Origin: an uncultured Bdellovibrio sp.
Lineage (GTDB): Bacteria; Bdellovibrionota; Bdellovibrionia; Bdellovibrionales; Bdellovibrionaceae
DNA length: 64,000 nt
Reading direction: 5' to 3'
Assembly (NCBI GenBank): GCA_963932905.1
Contig: CAWVRN010000004.1
Span: 96,001 to 160,000, forward strand
Shown here: piece after piece, positions 60,573-64,000 of the stretch
Layout of the letters: every line of letters starts with the position of its first letter
Numbering within the stretch: position 1 is the first letter of the stretch
Made by a program: the position numbers and the translations under genes
The notes under the pieces: generated by a model
Database searches by the model: none
Seen by the model: only the letters and a program-made list of their open reading frames with translations
Told to the model about the DNA's origin: nothing

Positions 60573-63275
60573 CTAGGCAGCGTTCGGAATTTGCGCCATG
60601 TTCAACGGGATTTCAATTACAAATTTTGTATTGCGAGAACTTTCATCTAAATAGAAACGACCAAAGTGAGCTTCGATAATTCCTTTTGAAATACTTAAAC
60701 CAAGTCCCGTTCCCTTGCCGACTTCTTTAGTAGTGAAGAAAGGCTGAAAGATTTTACTTTGAACTTCTTTAGAGATTCCTGTACCACTATCCGTGATTGA
60801 AATAACCAGAGTGTTCTGAACGTTTTCAACGCTTAGCTCGACCCACTTTTCTTCTAGGTTCAAAACCGCATCATAGGAATTATTCAACAAATTTAAAATC
60901 ACTTGTGACAATTCTGTTTGGCGACAATATACATCGCCCGTGTAGTTCACATTCAACTTAAAATCGATATACGATTGCTGGAAACGCTGTTGACAGAAGG
61001 AAAGTGTTTCCTCGACTAAGTCTTTAGCCGAAACGAATGCCATGGAATCCATGCTGGCATCGCGTGAAATTTTCCTTAGACCCTTGATAATTCTAGAAAT
61101 ACGATCGACGGTACTAATAATTTTCGTGGCGTCTTGAAGCGTTTTTTCCGTCATACTCTGTGGATTTTTGCCTTCCATGTAGGACTGAATCTGGCGGGCC
61201 TTGCCGTAAATAATCGTCAGCGGATTATTTATTTCATGCGCGATACTGCTGGCCATCTCACCTAACGACGCCATTTTACTGGATTCTGCGATTTTAGCTT
61301 CCTGCTCTTTGACTTTCATTTGTGCTTTCAAGAATTCATTATGCAATTGGCGCGCTAGCTGATGAGCTTTCTCGCCGGTTGTATGGATATTAATGATAAA
61401 CAGAGCAAACATAAGAACAGAGACTGAGCCAATTAAGCCAATCCATGTCGACAAGAAATCATTCGACCCTTCATAAGTGGTACTTTGCGCCCAACGTACA
61501 TAAAATGCACGACCTGCTAAATTAACTTCTGACTTAATGATCACACCGGCTGGATTGATTTTTTCATTTGAGTTGGCGTAAATCATCGAAGCGTCGCTGT
61601 AACTAGGATCACTGTACATTTCAAAAATTAGCTGTTCATTAAACCGACTAAAGATAGAGCCTAAAAAATCACCTGCAAACAGTGGTGCATAAATCCAATG
61701 CGAGAAATTAGCCACGCGCTGTTCTTCAGTATCAGTTTTTGATCCCTTTTTATAAACTGGCAAAAATAGCAAGTAGCCGGCTTGATCGCCGTCGTTATGC
61801 AATAATTGTAGCATCGGTGAAATTTGAGCCTTTCCCGATCGCAATGCTTCCATCGCCGTATCTCGACGCAACTTTTCTGATCCCAAATCCAAGCCAAGAA
61901 CGCGTTTGTTTTTCTTCAATGGTTCTATGTAAGTTATAACTAAGCTATCAGATTCATTTGGCCGTAATTGAACACCCTGTTTTGGACTAAAGGCCTTATA
62001 TTTAAAATCAACATCAAAGTATTTTTGATACGCTTTGTAGTGAGCATCTAACTTAGTTTTGGGTACACGGAATATCACCCCTATGCCATTAATTCCTGGT
62101 GAATGATCTTCAAGATTTAACGACGACACATATTCCTGCCATTCTTTTGGATCCACACTGTCAGAAGCTAAAAACAAACTACGTCCGCCGTTGATTACAT
62201 CAATATATTCATTTAATCGCTCGACAATACGCAGTTCCATATCTTTGGTCACTGCCGCCATATTTTTTGAGTCAGTTTGTTGGTGAGATAACTGCAAGTT
62301 ATAAAAAATAGTAGCCCAAAAAAACCAGCCACCGACAAGGACAATTAAAATACGTTTTTGAAATATATAATTCGCGATATCCGCTAGAATAAATACCGTT
62401 ATAAAAATTCCCACGATAAAAACTTCTAAGTTTAATAAGTTTTGATTGAATGAAGATAAATTAAATGGACCTAGGCCGTTGATCGTATAGAACAGAGCGA
62501 TGACCGGAATCGAGGTGCCAAAAACATAAATAAAGAATCGATTCTTTGAAAGAGCAAACACTAACAAAATTGGCAAAATCAGCATCAAATATTTTAAACT
62601 GTGCAAATCTGAAAGCAGAAACGAGATCACGCCTAAGGCGCAAATAGACATACCTAGTAACGCTATAAATTTGCGTGGATAGGACTGAATCGATTTAACT
62701 AGTTCTAGAAAATCTCCATCGTGAATAGAAATTACTAAAGGTAATACCAATAATGCACCGACGATATCACCAATCCACCAAGTTAACCATGCATTCAGTA
62801 CCAGATCACCACTAAGATTCCCAGATAAAAATAACGAACCAACACCGACCGTTGCACTTACTAGCGGTGCTAAAACAGAGGCGATTCCAATAGAAATCGG
62901 AACAGTCAAATGTTCTAGCTGAGATTTATACCGGCGAATTTTTATTAACAAAAAGTAGCCAACCAAAGCTTCGGTCATATTGCCAATGGCAATAAATACG
63001 GAAGTTATGGGGGCGACCGGCGTAAGAAAATTGACTAACCAAGCACCCAGAAATATTCCAGGTAAAAATTTTCGACCGAAAATAAACAAGGCGGCAATAG
63101 CCAACCCGGTTGGTGGCCACACGGGTGATACACTTGTGTTTAATGTCGCCAATTTCAAACTCTCGCAGGCAACGAAATAGTAGACAATTCCCAATATGAA
63201 ATTGCCTACCAACACAAACCAAAGTTTGCTTTTTAATTGTTTAAAAGAATTTGTTAGATGGCCGTACCAATTCAC
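60573..63275 (-). CDS. Membrane sensor histidine kinase, MASE1-CHASE-HisKA-HATPase
   Basis: SPVWPPTG and WWIGD (MASE1); YIEPL..N..VLGLD (CHASE); AHEINNPL, NLLNNSYDA, DSGTG, FFTTK, GTGLGL. Confidence 0.9.
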   Translation of the reverse strand: MNWYGHLTNSFKQLKSKLWFVLVGNFILGIVYYFVACESLKLATLNTSVSPVWPPTGLAIAALFIFGRKFLPGIFLGAWLVNFLTPVAPITSVFIAIGNMTEALVGYFLLIKIRRYKSQLEHLTVPISIGIASVLAPLVSATVGVGSLFLSGNLSGDLVLNAWLTWWIGDIVGALLVLPLVISIHDGDFLELVKSIQSYPRKFIALLGMSICALGVISFLLSDLHSLKYLMLILPILLVFALSKNRFFIYVFGTSIPVIALFYTINGLGPFNLSSFNQNLLNLEVFIVGIFITVFILADIANYIFQKRILIVLVGGWFFWATIFYNLQLSHQQTDSKNMAAVTKDMELRIVERLNEYIDVINGGRSLFLASDSVDPKEWQEYVSSLNLEDHSPGINGIGVIFRVPKTKLDAHYKAYQKYFDVDFKYKAFSPKQGVQLRPNESDSLVITYIEPLKKNKRVLGLDLGSEKLRRDTAMEALRSGKAQISPMLQLLHNDGDQAGYLLFLPVYKKGSKTDTEEQRVANFSHWIYAPLFAGDFLGSIFSRFNEQLIFEMYSDPSYSDASMIYANSNEKINPAGVIIKSEVNLAGRAFYVRWAQSTTYEGSNDFLSTWIGLIGSVSVLMFALFIINIHTTGEKAHQLARQLHNEFLKAQMKVKEQEAKIAESSKMASLGEMASSIAHEINNPLTIIYGKARQIQSYMEGKNPQSMTEKTLQDATKIISTVDRISRIIKGLRKISRDASMDSMAFVSAKDLVEETLSFCQQRFQQSYIDFKLNVNYTGDVYCRQTELSQVILNLLNNSYDAVLNLEEKWVELSVENVQNTLVISITDSGTGISKEVQSKIFQPFFTTKEVGKGTGLGLSISKGIIEAHFGRFYLDESSRNTKFVIEIPLNMAQIPNAA

Positions 63276-63305
63276 TCTATTTATCTCCCCAACGAAGATA
63301 TTGAT

Positions 63306-63332
63306 TTATCGGGAGATTCATAAATTTAATTA
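63306..63332 (-). promoter_or_regulatory. Candidate sigma-28 (FliA) promoter of the histidine kinase
   Basis: Minus strand TAAT-N15-CCCGATAA, followed by a GGGGAG SD and GTG 63275. Confidence 0.4.
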
Positions 63333-63654
63333 GGTGGATTTCTAGTTCTGGACTGAAGTTCTATAGTGGTTATCTTTCCACGTCTGGACCACCCTGTGGA
63401 TTTCTGTAAAAACGATCTGTTGCCCTCAAAAGCTGTCACTGAATTCCAAAAACTGGCAGAGTCTAGACACTGGTCGAGATTTAATTCACATAATATCGTC
63501 GGTGTGGACTATGCTATCGGATCTAGCACGCTCAAAATTCTGTCGACCCAACTTCAAAAGTTCGAGTGCATCGAAATCAAAATCAAATCACAAAGTTAGA
63601 ATTCATTTGAATCTCATGGCTGCCTGTGGCAGACACAAGCCACAAGGAGTCTAT

Positions 63655-64000
63655 ATGTCGGTAATGAGTGAGTTTAAAGAGTTCGCCATGAAAGGTAACG
63701 TCCTAGATTTGGCTGTGGGTTTAATAATTGGTGCTGAGTTTGGAAAAATCGTCAATTCGCTAGTCAATGACGTGATCATGCCACCAGTCGGTTTGCTTAT
63801 CGGTGGAATCGATTTCAAAAATCTTTTTATTACATTGAAAGAAGGCTCAACTACTGCGGCTCCGTATGCAACGTTAGTAGATGCTCAAAAAGCCGGCGCC
63901 GTTACGATTAATGTGGGTTTATTCGTAACGTCTATTATCTCTTTTACTATCATTGCATTTGCAGTTTTCTTATTGGTTAAGTCGTTCAATAAAATTCGTC
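63655..64000 (+). CDS. mscL: Large-conductance mechanosensitive channel (3'-truncated by the window end; absent from the ORF track)
   Basis: Manual translation [44 protein letters not shown]...; AGGAG SD at 63645-63649. Confidence 0.96.
   Translation, partial: MSVMSEFKEFAMKGNVLDLAVGLIIGAEFGKIVNSLVNDVIMPPVGLLIGGIDFKNLFITLKEGSTTAAPYATLVDAQKAGAVTINVGLFVTSIISFTIIAFAVFLLVKSFNKIR

Noticed and set aside
63366..63599. 77-aa ORF between the kinase and mscL
   Set aside because: GTG start without a clear SD and no recognisable motif; it may be real but cannot be supported

Overview
Bacterial chromosomal DNA, most likely from a Bdellovibrionota-like organism (inferred from FQNC/FNNC-type lipoprotein signal peptides; not provable from the window). 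Bases 1-46.3 kb form one very large surface-glycan (LPS O-antigen-type) locus. It holds a GDP-D-rhamnose/ABC-export core (manC, manB, gmd, rmd, wzm, wzt, GT4s, methyltransferases) and a Wzx flippase. It also holds three accessory sugar modules: ugd-uxs (UDP-xylose); rfbF-rfbG-rfbH with DmpF/DmpG, an HpcH aldolase, a YerE-like ThDP enzyme and two SDRs (C4-branched 3,6-dideoxy sugar); and an uncharacterised nucleotidyltransferase/HAD/phosphodiesterase module. Each accessory module carries a polyprenyl-phosphate-type GT2, and seven large GT-C-like membrane proteins are interspersed. Downstream lie yccF, tal, pgi, an uncharacterised four-gene envelope operon (heme-c protein, lipoprotein, Tat-exported DUF1501-like protein, di-heme lipoprotein), pstSCAB, a DUF4360 protein, an EI24/CysZ-like protein, a MASE1-CHASE histidine kinase and the 5' part of mscL. 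No rRNA, tRNA, CRISPR array or mobile element was recognised. All family calls come from motif recognition by eye, not from database searches.
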